From Eledone cirrhosa (lineage: Eukaryota): DNA of 64,000 nt. Numbering within the stretch: position 1 is the first letter of the stretch; every line of letters begins with the position of its first letter. The notes under the pieces were generated by a model. The model saw only the letters and a program-made list of their open reading frames with translations, did no database searches and was not told the origin of the DNA. Position numbers and translations under genes: made by a program. Location: contig OZ024741.1 of NCBI GenBank assembly GCA_964016885.1, positions 47,864,001 to 47,928,000 of the forward strand. Direction: 5' to 3'. Of this stretch, positions 1 to 11,900 are shown piece by piece.

Positions 1-29
1 CAAACAAGGGCAACGCTTTACAGTGAAAT

Positions 30-200
30 TTCACATGCGCATCAGAAAACCTGATATATGTGTTAAATTGCTCAGGCTGTCGAGAACACTACATAGGACA
101 GACTAAAAACAGTCTTTGTCAATATATGACTGTTCATAGATCCCAAGTTAAAATACGGGAATGCAGAAAAATAGCACTGAGTGAACACATTGCCATCTAA
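30..200 (+). pseudogene. GIY-YIG endonuclease remnant of a Penelope-like element
   Basis: Manual translation from nt 30 gives FTCASENLIYVLNCSGCREHYIGQTKNSLCQYMTVHRSQ...LSEHIA*, matching the PLE GIY-YIG pattern (IY..C..C...YIGQT...H). Confidence 0.75.
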
Positions 201-696
201 GGAATACCAAGTAATTCACAGCCATACATCGATCAAACACATAGACAAGTAAGAGAAATCTATTTGCACATTCTTCTACTTATAACTCTTTATATATATC
301 TGTACACCACCTCTTAATTATTACTGTCGTTATTATTACCTCTGCTATATGTATGTACACGGATGTATGCTGGGGCACACACCGGTGTGTATCCCCACGA
401 CTCCACACATATATAGGCAGATCTAAGTCTGTTTATACGTGTACATGGGCACACACACAGGCATGTGCTTGCATGTATATATATATATATAAGAAAGTAA
501 GTCCATAGAATCATTTGATAAAATATATACAGTATTTCTCCTCCCAATCAGCATAATCAACCACATAAAAAAATCAATTAAACGAGGCTATAAGTTTAAA
601 ATGTACCTATGAAGAAACAATAGATAAATAAATGATAGGCATTTTATCCGCGATCATTTACACACATATATATATATATATATAAATGTGTGTGTG

Positions 697-985
697 TAAA
701 TGAAGTAATTCCGTTGGAAAGGTACAGGAAAAAAGAGTGCTCTATGTAGGTTACAGAACTTATTAGTTATGTAATAAACAACATAAGATAATTATTTCAT
801 TTACCAATGGTTTCTTGAAAGCAAATAAATCTGCTTTCAGTTGTCAGAATGAAAAAAACTTGGTGTTTTTATTAAATGTGGATTTTTCAAATCAGATTTA
901 TTTGCTTTCAAGAAAAGCAGATTTATTTGCTTTCAAAAAACCACTGGTAAATGAAATAATTATCTTATGTTGTTTATTACGTAAC
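697..985. mobile_element. Small fold-back element, probable PLE terminus (inverted arms 766-838 / 914-985, extra tail 697-765)
   Basis: Arms are reverse complements (gttatgtaataaacaacataagataattatttcatttacc.. / ..ggtaaatgaaataattatcttatgttgtttattacgtaac); microsatellites flank both sides. Confidence 0.55.
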
Positions 986-1019
986 ACATATATATATATA
1001 TATATATATATATTCATTT

Positions 1020-1313
1020 CATTTCATTTTACGTCCGCTTTTCCCTGCTTGCAAGGGTGGGACGGGAACTGATTCTGGCTTGATTTCTACAGCTGGATGC
1101 CCTTCCTAACACCAACCTCATTTACAGTGAGTGCTGGGTGCTTTTTTTTTGCCGTGGCACCTCCACGACCACATATCATTTCTACAGCTGAGTAAACTGG
1201 AGCAATGTGAAATAAAGTGTCTTGCTCAAGGAAACAACACATCACCCGGTCTGAGAATTGAACTCACAACCTTTCAATTGCAAGGCCAATGCTCTAACCA
1301 CTAAGCCATGTGC

Positions 1314-1317
<4 letters not shown>
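1020..1317 (-). mobile_element. tRNA-derived CORE-type SINE with RTE-LINE-derived 3' tail
   Basis: Minus strand: A-box TGGCTTAGTGG, B-box GAGTTCAATTC, CORE-like ccttgagcaagacacttt..ttgctcc, and a 3' end cccacccttgcaagcagggaaaagcggacgtaaaatga shared with RTE copies. Near-identical copies at 26137-26476 and 63725-64000. Confidence 0.85.
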
Positions 1318-1402
<85 letters not shown>

Positions 1403-2281
1403 TAGGTATATGTATGTGTGTGTATGTGTATATGTCTGTGTGTGCATTTATATGTGTGTGTGTCCGTGTGTATATATATATGTGAGTGTAAGCATGTGTG
1501 AGTGCATGTGGCTGTATTTATGTACCTATGAATGGACAAGTATGTATGTGTGTAAGTCTGTACATACAAGTGTGTGTGTATGTGTGGATCTATGTATGTG
1601 TGTGTGTGTACACACCTATATGCCTGCCTCTCTATGTTGTTGAATTTCTACATCCTTCTATTCCATAACCAGACAATTCCCTTTTTTTAATTCTTTAACA
1701 AAAACATGAAATGTCTTTACCGACACGGTCAACTAGCACGGGGTCATCCAAGCGTAACACACCCCACAAACCCCTGCTTCCTGTTTACACCAAAAGAAGT
1801 TTTTGACTGACCAATACACATTCCAAAACGCTTGTGTGCTCACGTAAACACTCATGAGTATCAGTGAATACACACCCGCATTGCCACCCCACCAAAATAC
1901 ACACATACGCCCACACACACAAATATAGGGCTGATGCCTATATATATATATACCTTCTTGGTCAACATACCACAACAAAAATATATGTTTGTCGCATCAC
2001 CAGTCTGAGGAGCAGATCAATACCGGAGTCAGGTCCATAACTCCTATTGGTCACCTTGTGCCAATCCTCTGCAGAACGCACGATATGCAATAAATATTTT
2101 TCATATGTAAACGAAACCTCCTCGGATTTTCTATTATATACACTCTGCCTGTGCATAGAGTGCTTGATTGGTACCAACAATCTTTCACCATACTACCTAC
2201 CCTATATATACACAGTAAAGAGAGACGAACACAGATATGAGCTAATTTGATTATAAGGGATTATTGTGAGTTTTTAACTCA

Positions 2282-2342
<61 letters not shown>

Positions 2343-3351
2343 TATATAAGCAAGAAAGTAAGTGTTGGTAAAATCCAGTACTTCAGTATGCGGATAGGGA
2401 GCACTCAACGAAGATATAAGTTCCGGAGTTATAATAGTGACGAAACATAAGTCAATTGCATGAACTCATAATCCTTTATTTACTGCTATATATATTTCGA
2501 TGATAGCCATTGAATGGCTATGACCTCATCAGGCAGTTAGTCAGTTCTTAGATATGCCAGCTCTGTGTGTATAGTGTTGATGGTATCAGAGCCTTGGGAC
2601 ATATGAGCTTGTTAGGAATATTTTGATGTCAGCAGGAATAGTCTTGATTCCTATAGTGATAGGATCAGCTATAACCCTGAGGGACATGATCGAGATGCCC
2701 CTGAGGGTATTGGTACCCCGGACCAATACCCTCAGGGGCATGAGTTGCCCACCTAATACCTCGGTGACCAGTAGTAACACTCCCAGACCCCTATCCGTCA
2801 CCACACCCGGTAGAAGGTCCCGCATACGCCACCGGTCTAATACCTACAACGCTGAAGACCACTGTGCTGTGGAGCATAGGCACCCCTGCACCGGCCCCAC
2901 CACCCGCCGAATCCTAATTGAGCAGGGAAGCCGCTACTCGCAGGTTTATAGCCCCACGGTGGGCCTATATAACCCTCATGATAGTGACTGCTCCGCACAC
3001 CCAAGTGACACCAACCGAGCTCGACCTGAGCTGTGCACAACCACGCAATGGCCCACGGTGGACACCCAACAACCCCGCAAGAATAGGACCAGGAAAGTCA
3101 CATGGTATAACCTTCCGTACTCGGTGGGTCTACATACCAGCCTGGCTAGAACATTCTTTAGAGTACTGGATATGTTTCCCTAGGGCCCATAAGTACCATA
3201 AAATATTCAACAGGCACACGGTGAAACTTTCCTACTCAACCACACGCTCCGTAGCCCTGCACATAGCTGGCATAAATAGGAATAGGCTCACTGCCTCTAA
3301 TACCACCGTAAACCCTGGAGCCACCCAACAGAACCAGCACGCGGGATGCAT

Positions 3352-3447
3352 CGGAACCCGGACAGGCCCAACTAGCACATCGGAACCCGGACAGGCCCAA
3401 CTAGCACATCGGAACCCGGACAGGCCCAACTAGCACACCGGAACCCA
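3352..3447 (+). repeat. 29-bp tandem repeat (~3 copies) inside the PLE linker
   Basis: ggaacccggacaggcccaactagcacatc repeated. Confidence 0.9.
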
Positions 3448-3704
3448 ACGACCCTGTGCTGATTGCGGAGGCTACCCAGCCAACCCCGAGTGATGCTAAC
3501 CACGCGGTACATGTGGTAGAGCTTAAGAAGTCATGTAATTGCAGAGACCCATCGCTATGCCCCCTTAGTAATGAATACATGACCAAAAAACGTGGTCTAC
3601 AGGTGCAAGGTCACAACCCCTAACTTGGAGCACCACTACATAGGATCCACAGCGACGAGCTTCAAAGCTCGGTGGTATAACCATCGCCATTCGTTTAACA
3701 GAAT

Positions 3705-3793
3705 AGTCCTATGCGAGCAAGACAACCACTCTTGCCTCAAGTGGGAAAACCCCCGTCCAAACCCATGCAAGCGTGGAACACGGACGCTAAACC

Positions 3794-3827
<34 letters not shown>

Positions 3828-3828
3828 A
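3705..3828 (+). mobile_element. RTE LINE 3' tail with (GAT)n inserted into the PLE GIY-YIG coding region
   Basis: Matches the 3' end of the LINE at 13010-13121. Confidence 0.85.
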
Positions 3829-4273
3829 AGAGGAAATGTACGGCCTTTTCTGAATTGATCTGGAAGCTCAAACTTGAAAAGACCCCGCACTCTCTGGTCT
3901 GGTCCGTGGTTAGAAAGGTTCCCCCAGACAGAGGCGGGTCTGGTATTTGCAACCTCTGTCTTAGTGAGACACTCGAGATTCTTCATGGCGGAACCAAGCT
4001 ATTAAACAGAAGGGCCGACTTATTCGGTGCCTTCAGACACCTAAGGACGGGAACTTTCCTCAAGCTATATGGATAAACGCCGGTTACGGCCTCCCACAAG
4101 CCCCCTCCCCCCTCCCCAGTAGGTCCCCTACACCCCGTACCAATGACCATTGGACAATAACAACCACCCATGGTTTGCGGTCCCTATGGTGGATGGTCCA
4201 CCGGATCCTCTACTGGTTAGGAGTCATCTAAACAATGCTTTATTGAACCTGATTTTATATATATATGTATATA

Positions 4274-5583
4274 CGAGGGGGGATCAAAAAGTTAACGGAA
4301 TTTTATCGTAGTAAGAAAAAAATAGGTTAAAACAATATTAAACATGTCAGAACATTGTCACTGGGTGTTTACCTTGCTATTAGTCACTTGCAGTCAGTTA
4401 TGCTTGGACTATTGTACAGTACTGACACACTTTAAAAAACCTCTTTTTGGAACAATGGAAAATAGTTATTTTGAGATAAGATCGAATATCAAGTTTCTGG
4501 TGAAACTCAAATGGAAAGGGACACAGATTATGGAGGCTTTAGTTAAAGTTTACGGTACTACTGCTCCAAATAAAACTGCTGTCTACAAGTGGATTCAGCG
4601 ATTCAAACAAGGGAGAGACGACCTTGAAGATGACCATCGCAGTGGAAGACTAGGAACATCAAAAAATGACCAAACGGTGAGGCTGCTCAGACTTTTATTG
4701 AAGAAGATCGAAGAATAACAGTTAATCAGTTAGCTAGTCCCTCGACATTTCATATGGTTTGGCAAATTCAATTCTGCACGATAATTTGGGACTAAGCAAG
4801 CTTTCAGTGCGATGGGTCCCAAAAGCGTTGCACCTTGATCAGCTGATTCTTCGAAGTGATCTGTCTTTGGCGATATTAAACAAAATTGAAGTTGATGAAG
4901 AGCATTTCCTGACCAGAATCATCACCGGAGGTGAAACCTGGATCTACCAGTATGATCCTGAATCCAAACAGCAGTCAAAACAGTGGCTTCCGCGTGGAGC
5001 ATCGGGGCCAATCAAGTTCAAATCTCAAAAGTCGGATAAAAAAGTGATGGCCACCATTTTCTGGGATTCAGATGGGGTGATACTAATAGATTATCTTGAA
5101 GGTCAAAGAACTGTGACAGGAGCTTACTATGCAAATGTTTTAAGGAAACTGAAAGAGGCATTAGTCAAGAAACGAAAAGGGAAACTTCATAGTGGGATCT
5201 TGTTTGACCATGACAATGCACCAGCGCATTCTGCGCTGGTTGCAAAAGAAGTTCTTCGAGAATTTCGATGGGAAGTGCTTCCTCACCCGCCTTATAGTCC
5301 AGATTTAGCCCTATCAGACATTTTCCTCTTTCCAAAACTGAAAGAAATGCTAAAAGGAACCTGTTTTAGTGGTGTTGAAGAAGCTAAAAACACTGCCAAC
5401 ACATGGCTTCGAACAAGGCCTTCAAATTTCTTTAGAGACGGCTCTCGAAGCTGGAAGCATCGCCTTGTGAAGTGTATTGACCTGGATGGCAACTATGTAG
5501 AAAAATAAATTGAAGGTAAATCATATTTTTTGAAAAATAGAATATTTTCTGAAAAATTCCGCGAACTTTTTGATTCCCCCTCG
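4274..5583 (+). mobile_element. Mariner (DD34D) transposon, irritans/Hsmar2-like, defective
   Basis: ~30-bp TIRs (cgaggggggatcaaaaagttaacggaatttt / aaaattccgcgaactttttgattccccctcg), TA target duplication, ~1.31 kb. Confidence 0.92.
4455..5508 (+). pseudogene. Mariner transposase, frameshifted near 4680-4740, first catalytic Asp lost
   Basis: HTH region in ORF 4344-4718; WVPKAL, TGGETW (canonical TGDETW), HDNAPAH and YSPDLALSD in ORF 4759-5508. Confidence 0.9.
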
Positions 5584-6494
5584 TATGTATCATGTGTATA
5601 TATATGTGTATTTTATATGTGTATGTATGCGTATTTTATATATGTGTGCGTATCTGTATGTATATATTTTATATATATATATGTGTGTATGTGTGTGTAT
5701 TTTTATATATATATATATGTATGTTTTACGTGTATATATTTTGTGTGTGTGTGTGTGTATTCTATGTATATATATATTTTTTATATTTTTGTATGTATAT
5801 ATTTTATGTATATGTATGTTCTGTGTATATATATATATTTTATATATATATGTGTATACTTGTGCGTACATGCATGCATGCATATATATATATATACACA
5901 CCTGTATGGATTTGTGTGTAGATGTGTGAGTGTCTGAGGGGTAGGTGTGAGTGTATGTACAAGTAAACCAGCATAAACCTTTTATTTCTAAATTTTCTAA
6001 ACTATCTAAGTATTGGACTCTAACCATTATATTAAGTATTACCACCCCACTTTTTGTATGTGTGGATGTGTGTGTGTGTCTGTGGAGGTGAGTGTAGTGC
6101 AAGCCAACCTACAGAAGCCTTTTTATTTGTAAACTTTCTACTCCAACCATAATTTTCAGTAGCCCCACTCTACATAAATTCCTCAATTTAAGAATGACCT
6201 GTAGTATCTATTTCATACTATTAACCTTATTTGAAAATATATCTGATGAAGAATGCCTTTTGTGAAAATCAGTCATGTGGAACTATTGTCATCGTGCCTG
6301 ACGGTTTGAACCTTACAGACCCACCTGCCTCTTTGAGGTCAAATACCAACCTACTACCATCTACAAACTGACCAATGAGAATCAAGACTATTCCTGCTGA
6401 CAACATCAAAGTATTCCTAACAAGCTCATATGTCCCAAGGCTCTGATACCATCAACACTATACACACAGAGCTGGCATATCTAAGAACTGACTA

Positions 6495-6550
6495 ACTGCC
6501 TGATGAGGTCATAGCCATTCAATGGCTATCATCGAAATATATATAGCAGT
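6495..6550 (+). ncRNA. Type I hammerhead ribozyme motif (inverted copy at 2482-2537, minus strand)
   Basis: actgc-CTGATGA-stem II (atagccatt/aatggctat)-GAAA-palindromic tatata stem III-TA-gcagt. Confidence 0.8.
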
Positions 6551-6614
6551 AAATAAAGGATTATGAGTTCATGCAATTGAATTATGTTTCGTCACTATAT
6601 ATATATATATATAT

Positions 6615-6980
6615 ATCATCATCATCATCATCATCATCATCGTTTACCGTCCATATTCCACGCTTGCATGGGTTTGGACGGGAGTTTTCCCACTTGAGGC
6701 AAGAGTGGTTGTCTTGCTCGCATAGGACTGTCTGGCGGGTTTTCTACGGCTCGATGCCTTTTGTAACACCAACCACATTTACAGTGTGGGGCTGGGAGGT
6801 TTTTACCGTGTTACCTACATGGCCACATTACAGTGTGGCATGTGTTTTTTTTTGTCGTGACACCTACACGACCTCATTTGTTTCGGACTGGATGTTGTGG
6901 TACCAACATAACTTTACATTGAAAGGAGTGGTGTGGATGGGGGGGGGGGGTATTTTTGTTAGAGGTGCCTACTGACTGTA
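6615..6980 (-). mobile_element. RTE LINE 3' UTR fragment
   Basis: Reverse-complement match to 12745-13121, with (CAT)n tail. Confidence 0.85.
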
Positions 6981-7017
<37 letters not shown>

Positions 7018-7043
7018 TCTATATATATATATATATACATATA

Positions 7044-7075
<32 letters not shown>

Positions 7076-7077
7076 CA

Positions 7078-8022
7078 TACAGCAAACAGCCACAAGAAAC
7101 AAGTACCACCAATCTCTGGGAGGGCTCTGTAGAAACAGTAGACAACTTCTGCTACCTAGGTGACCGAATTAGCAGCGGAGGTGGGTGTTCAGAAAGTACA
7201 ATAACTAGGGCAAGAACAGGATGGAAGAAGTTTAGGGAACTACTACCACTGCTAGCTGCAAAAGGCTTCTCCCTCAAAATGAAAGGCAGACTGTATGATG
7301 CGTGTATCCGAACAGCGATGTTGCATGGTAGTGAGACCTGGGCACTGAAGGTGGAAGACTTACGTAGATTAGAGAGAAACGAAGCCTGCATGCTCCGATG
7401 GATGTGTAATAGTAATATACGTGAACGACAAAGCATAAATGAATTGAGAGAGAGACTGAGCATAAGAGGAATCAAATGCTGTGTGCAGGAGAGGTGGTTG
7501 CGTTGGTATGGACATGTGATGCGTATGAAGGATGACAGCTGCATAAAAAGGTGCAGAGCACTAGAAGTCGATGGAAACCGCGGAGTGGGGAGACCCAAGA
7601 TGACCTGGGATGAGGTGATAAAAGCCGACCTTACCCAATTACACCTCTCAAAGGCGATGACACACGAACGTGACCTTTGGCGTCACGCAGTAATACAGAG
7701 TACCCGACCTCCCATGGGTACAAGCTGAAGCATATAGACAATATGCCCCCACACCCCCCACTGCAAGGTGGTCGTGGAGGTGCCACGGCAAAAAAGCACC
7801 CAGCCCACACTGTAAAGTGGACGTGTAGGCACCACGAAAAAGCACCCAGCACTCACTGTAAATGAGGTTGGTGTTAGGAAGGGCATCCAGCTGTATAAAT
7901 CAAGCCAAATCAGTTCCTGTATGAGCAAGGCATGGTCAGCCGACCAGACACTGCCCACAACAGGACAACCCGTCTAACCCATGCTAGCGTGGAAGAACGG
8001 ACGTAAAACAGTGATGATGATG
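7078..8022 (+). mobile_element. 5'-truncated RTE LINE with SINE-like 3' UTR
   Basis: ORF 7279-7728 is homologous to the C-terminus of the 9482 ORF ([31 protein letters not shown]); (GAT)n end. Confidence 0.88.
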
Positions 8023-8046
8023 ATATATCTATATATATATATATAT

Positions 8047-8312
8047 AGTACATTATAAAGAGAGAAGAAACATTAGATATAATTAGTAATAAGATATATT
8101 ATACCTAGCTGGTTCTTCAGTCCCCGACTACGTAGTTTCGTGGCATATTATGCAAAAACACTAGATCATAGAGATATAGAGCCCTTGTGAGGTTCTCTCT
8201 TTATAATGTACTTTATAGCTCTGATACTGAATCAGTCTAATCCATTCGGTTAGCCCTGTCCCAGTTATTCATAGAGCAACATCGGTTGAGGATGGCACCA
8301 CTAACTCAGGGA
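8047..8312. mobile_element. Small fold-back PLE terminus (20-bp inverted repeat 8047-8066 / 8193-8212 plus tail)
   Basis: agtacattataaagagagaa / ttctctctttataatgtact; minus strand holds a partial hammerhead (CGAAAC + palindromic actacgtagt); microsatellite flanks. Confidence 0.5.
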
Positions 8313-8435
8313 TGTGTGTGGATATATTCATGTATATGTATGTGTCCGCATGTATCTGTGTGTTTCTCTCTATACATTGTATATATATATATATATACAT
8401 ATATCTCTCTCTCTATATATATATATACATATATC

Positions 8436-8511
<76 letters not shown>

Positions 8512-8514
8512 TAT

Positions 8515-8889
8515 ATTAAGGTTTAAATACGGTGTTTTTGTCGTATTGAACAGAACAAATCTTGCAGTTTTGCTTTTTGTTACTCGCTGGTAAACATTCA
8601 TAACCTTCCAGCTAGCTAATTCTATCGTATTCTCCAATTCCTTAAATTCCTTAATTCCATCGTATTCCCAAACAAAAAAAAACAAAATCCTTCCCATTCT
8701 TAATTCTATCGTATCCTCCAATTCCCTAATTCTATCGTATTCTCAAACAAAAAAACAAAAAACAACAAAATCCTTTCCATTCTACTTCTTATAATTTACT
8801 TTAAATATATATATCATGCTACCTCGAAAGTCAAAAATCCCGCTCATACACCCCTCACCCACCATTTTCTTCACGAGGGGTTGCGGTCA

Positions 8890-8952
<63 letters not shown>

Positions 8953-11900
8953 CCTTCCCACTCTCTCTCTCTCTCTCTTAGCTACACACACACACACACA
9001 TATATATATAAGATAAATTCCCGTTCATGTTTATTCACTTTCGCCAAACAATTGCTGCTTCAACTACCCCTACTACGGTGTAACCATGTAATCGTAACGT
9101 TCACGTTTTTCCTATCTCCTCCACACACCACAATTTCGTACAAACATCCAATCCCGCAAAATCCGAAATCTGTATTTTTTGTTATTTATTAAGGTTTAAA
9201 TACGGTGTTTTTGTCGTATTGAACAGAACAAATCTTGCAGTTTTGCTTTTTGTTACTCGCTGGTAAACATTCATAACCTTCCAGCTAGCTACCCCACATC
9301 CCTCCCACCCGCCCCCACACACCACCATTCTTAATACGTGGACCAATCATAAGCCAGAGACCCCCCCCACACGCATCACCATTATTACTATAAGCCAGAA
9401 ACCCCCCCCCCACACGCATCACCATTATTATTATTACGCGGACCAATCATAAGCCAGAGGCCTATACTATCGCTTGCACGGTTGCCTTCGATATATGATG
9501 GATGGATGGATGGATGGACGGACTGCGGAATCCTGGAGAGTGGAGGGGAGAGAAAAATCTGGACGCTCAGAGCGAAAATGCCAATGCTAAAGTCAAATTC
9601 ACCTCGTGGACGAGAATGCGAGCACTCTTCTTTGTTTCGCCCGCGGATGGCTAACATAACCCCATCTCCCCCCGCCCCACACCACCCCCACCCTCCAAAC
9701 GCGATCCAAAACTTCAGAGTTGGTACCATAAATGTAGGCACCCTAAAGGGGCGCGCTAACGAGGTTGTAGAAATGCTTGAACGTAAGGAGGTCGATGTTT
9801 GTTGTATTCAAGAGACCAGGTGGAGGGGTGGGTCTGCTAGATTCATTGAGGGTAAAAAACGATGTTATAAGCTTTTCTGGGTGGGAAACGACGATGGGCT
9901 GGGTGGAGTAGGAATCATGGTAGCAGAAAAGTGGGCGGATAAGATAATAGACGTAAATAGAGTGAACGACAGAATAATTAAAATACGACTTGTCCTCAAT
10001 AGAACTACGGTGACAGTAATATCTGCGTATGCACCCCAATCCGGACTGCCCGGCACTATAAAAGACAGATTCTATGAGACACTGATGCTCACTACCTCCC
10101 AAATATCTGACAGTGACTATATAATTATTGCAGGCGACCTAAATGGTCACGTTGGGCAACATTGTGACGGCTACGACGAAATCCATGGAGGCTATGGGTT
10201 TGGTACTAGAAATGAGGAAGGCTCCAGAATCCTGGAATTCTGTGATGCAAATAACCTAACTATCTGTAACACTAACTTCAAAAAACGTGACAATCACCTG
10301 ATCACCTATAGATCCGGGGAACACACAAGCCAGGTAGATTATATCCTTACCAGAAGACGTGACAGAGTGTCTGTTGTAAACACTAAATCCCTCCCCCATG
10401 AAGAATGCACCTCCCAACATAGACTGATAATTAGCGACCTCATAGTCAGGTCGAGACGTACTCGACAGCAGAAGAGGACTATCCTCAGGAGAAAAATATG
10501 GAAGCTAAAGGACCCCACAGCCAAAAATAAATTTCAAAACATATTACTTGATGCTTTCGACAGTAAGGAAGAACACTTAGAGTCGGACAATATAGAGGGA
10601 CAGTGGGAATTTCTGAAAGCAAACCTGCTGTTGGCCACAGACGAAGTCTGTGGCTGGAGCAGGCCTGTAGGCAGGAGGAGAGTAACATGGTGGTGGAACA
10701 GTAAGGTGGAGGAGTCAATTAAGGCCAAAAAGCAGGCTTGGAAAGTATGGCGGGATGGGGGAAGTAGAGTAGACTATCAAGTGGCCAGGAGGGAAGCTAG
10801 GAGAGAAGTGTACTTAGCAAGAAGGGAAGCTGAGGAAAGAAAGTTCAAGCATGTCCTACAACGCGATGACCAAAAACGTGAGGTGTTCAGGATTGCTAGG
10901 CAATGCGTCAAGGAAAACCGTGATATTGTCGGGGAGAAGTGTGTACTTAACGATGATGGCATACTTGCCATCACCGACACTGATAAGAAGGCAGCTTGGA
11001 AGTGTCACTATGAAAGGCTACTAAATGAGGAGAATAAATGGGAGAAAGACAGTCTCCCCCATGTCGACCCAATAGAGGGACCAGCAGTGTTAGTCGAGGG
11101 GAGTATAATAAGTAAGGCAATCAAGGATATGAAGACAGGTAAGGCGGCTGGGCCTTCGGAAATAGTTGCTGAGATGCTGAAGGCATCTGGCACGGTGGGA
11201 CACACCATGGTCACCCGCATAGTTAACCAAGTCGTACAGAATGGGGCTGTTCCGAAGGACTGGCATAGCAACATCATCGTTAACTGTTATAAGGGTAAAG
11301 GAGACGCCCTAGATAGGAGTAACTATAGAGGCATTAAATTAATCGACCAGGTCATGAAGGTCACAGAAAAAGTAATAGCGCAACTAATCAGAGAGAGAAT
11401 TGACCTAGATGAAATGCAGTTCGGGTTTGTGTCAGGCAAAAGTACCACAGACGCTCTTTTCATAGTACGACAACTACAGGAGAAGTACCTAGCTAAAGGT
11501 AAACCCCTCTACTTAGCTTTTGTCGACTTGGAGAAAGCCTTCGACAGAGTCCCCCGCTCCATTATCTGGTGGGCTCTTAGAAAACTAGGCGTTGACGAAT
11601 GGCTTGTGAGGGCTATACAAGCCATGTATAAAGAAACAGTCAGCAAGGTTAGAATTAACAACGAATATAGTGAAGAGTTTAGCGTAAAAGTTGGCGTCCA
11701 TCAGGGCTCTGTTCTCAGCCCCCTACTATTTATTATTGCCCTTCAGGCTATAACAGAGGAGTTCAAGACAGGCTGCCCATGGGAACTCCTATACGCAGAC
11801 GACCTGACACTCATAGCGGAATCAATGGCCGAGCTAGAGAAGAAATTCCAAACATGGAAGCACGGCCTAGAGTCAAAAGGACTTAAAATTAACCTGGCTA

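Larger units (their letters stand above)
3070..4076 (+). pseudogene. PLE ORF C-terminus (linker + GIY-YIG endonuclease), frameshifted; Naiad-like motifs
   Basis: Pieces in ORFs 2623-3183, 2918-3433, 3592-3858 and 3711-4076; homologous to the ORFs at 22863 and 59386. Confidence 0.75.
2347..6598 (+). mobile_element. 5'-truncated Penelope-like element with inverted terminal repeats (2434-2650 / 6379-6598), interrupted by a mariner and an RTE tail
   Basis: ~215-bp inverted repeat containing a hammerhead motif; internal broken ORF with RKVTWYNLPY..FP..HKYHKIFNRHTVKLSYST, VYRCKV..YIGSTATSFKARWYNH and CNLCLSE motifs. Confidence 0.75.

Noticed and set aside
1240-1317. tRNA gene
   Set aside because: The A/B boxes belong to a SINE head fused to CORE-like sequence; no complete cloverleaf seen.
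2004-2090. Hammerhead (CTGAGGA gcaga..tctgc)
   Set aside because: The GAAA box is corrupted (agaac); at most a decayed motif.
6241-6280. Additional hammerhead (CTGATGA..GAAA)
   Set aside because: Stems I-III could not be paired convincingly.
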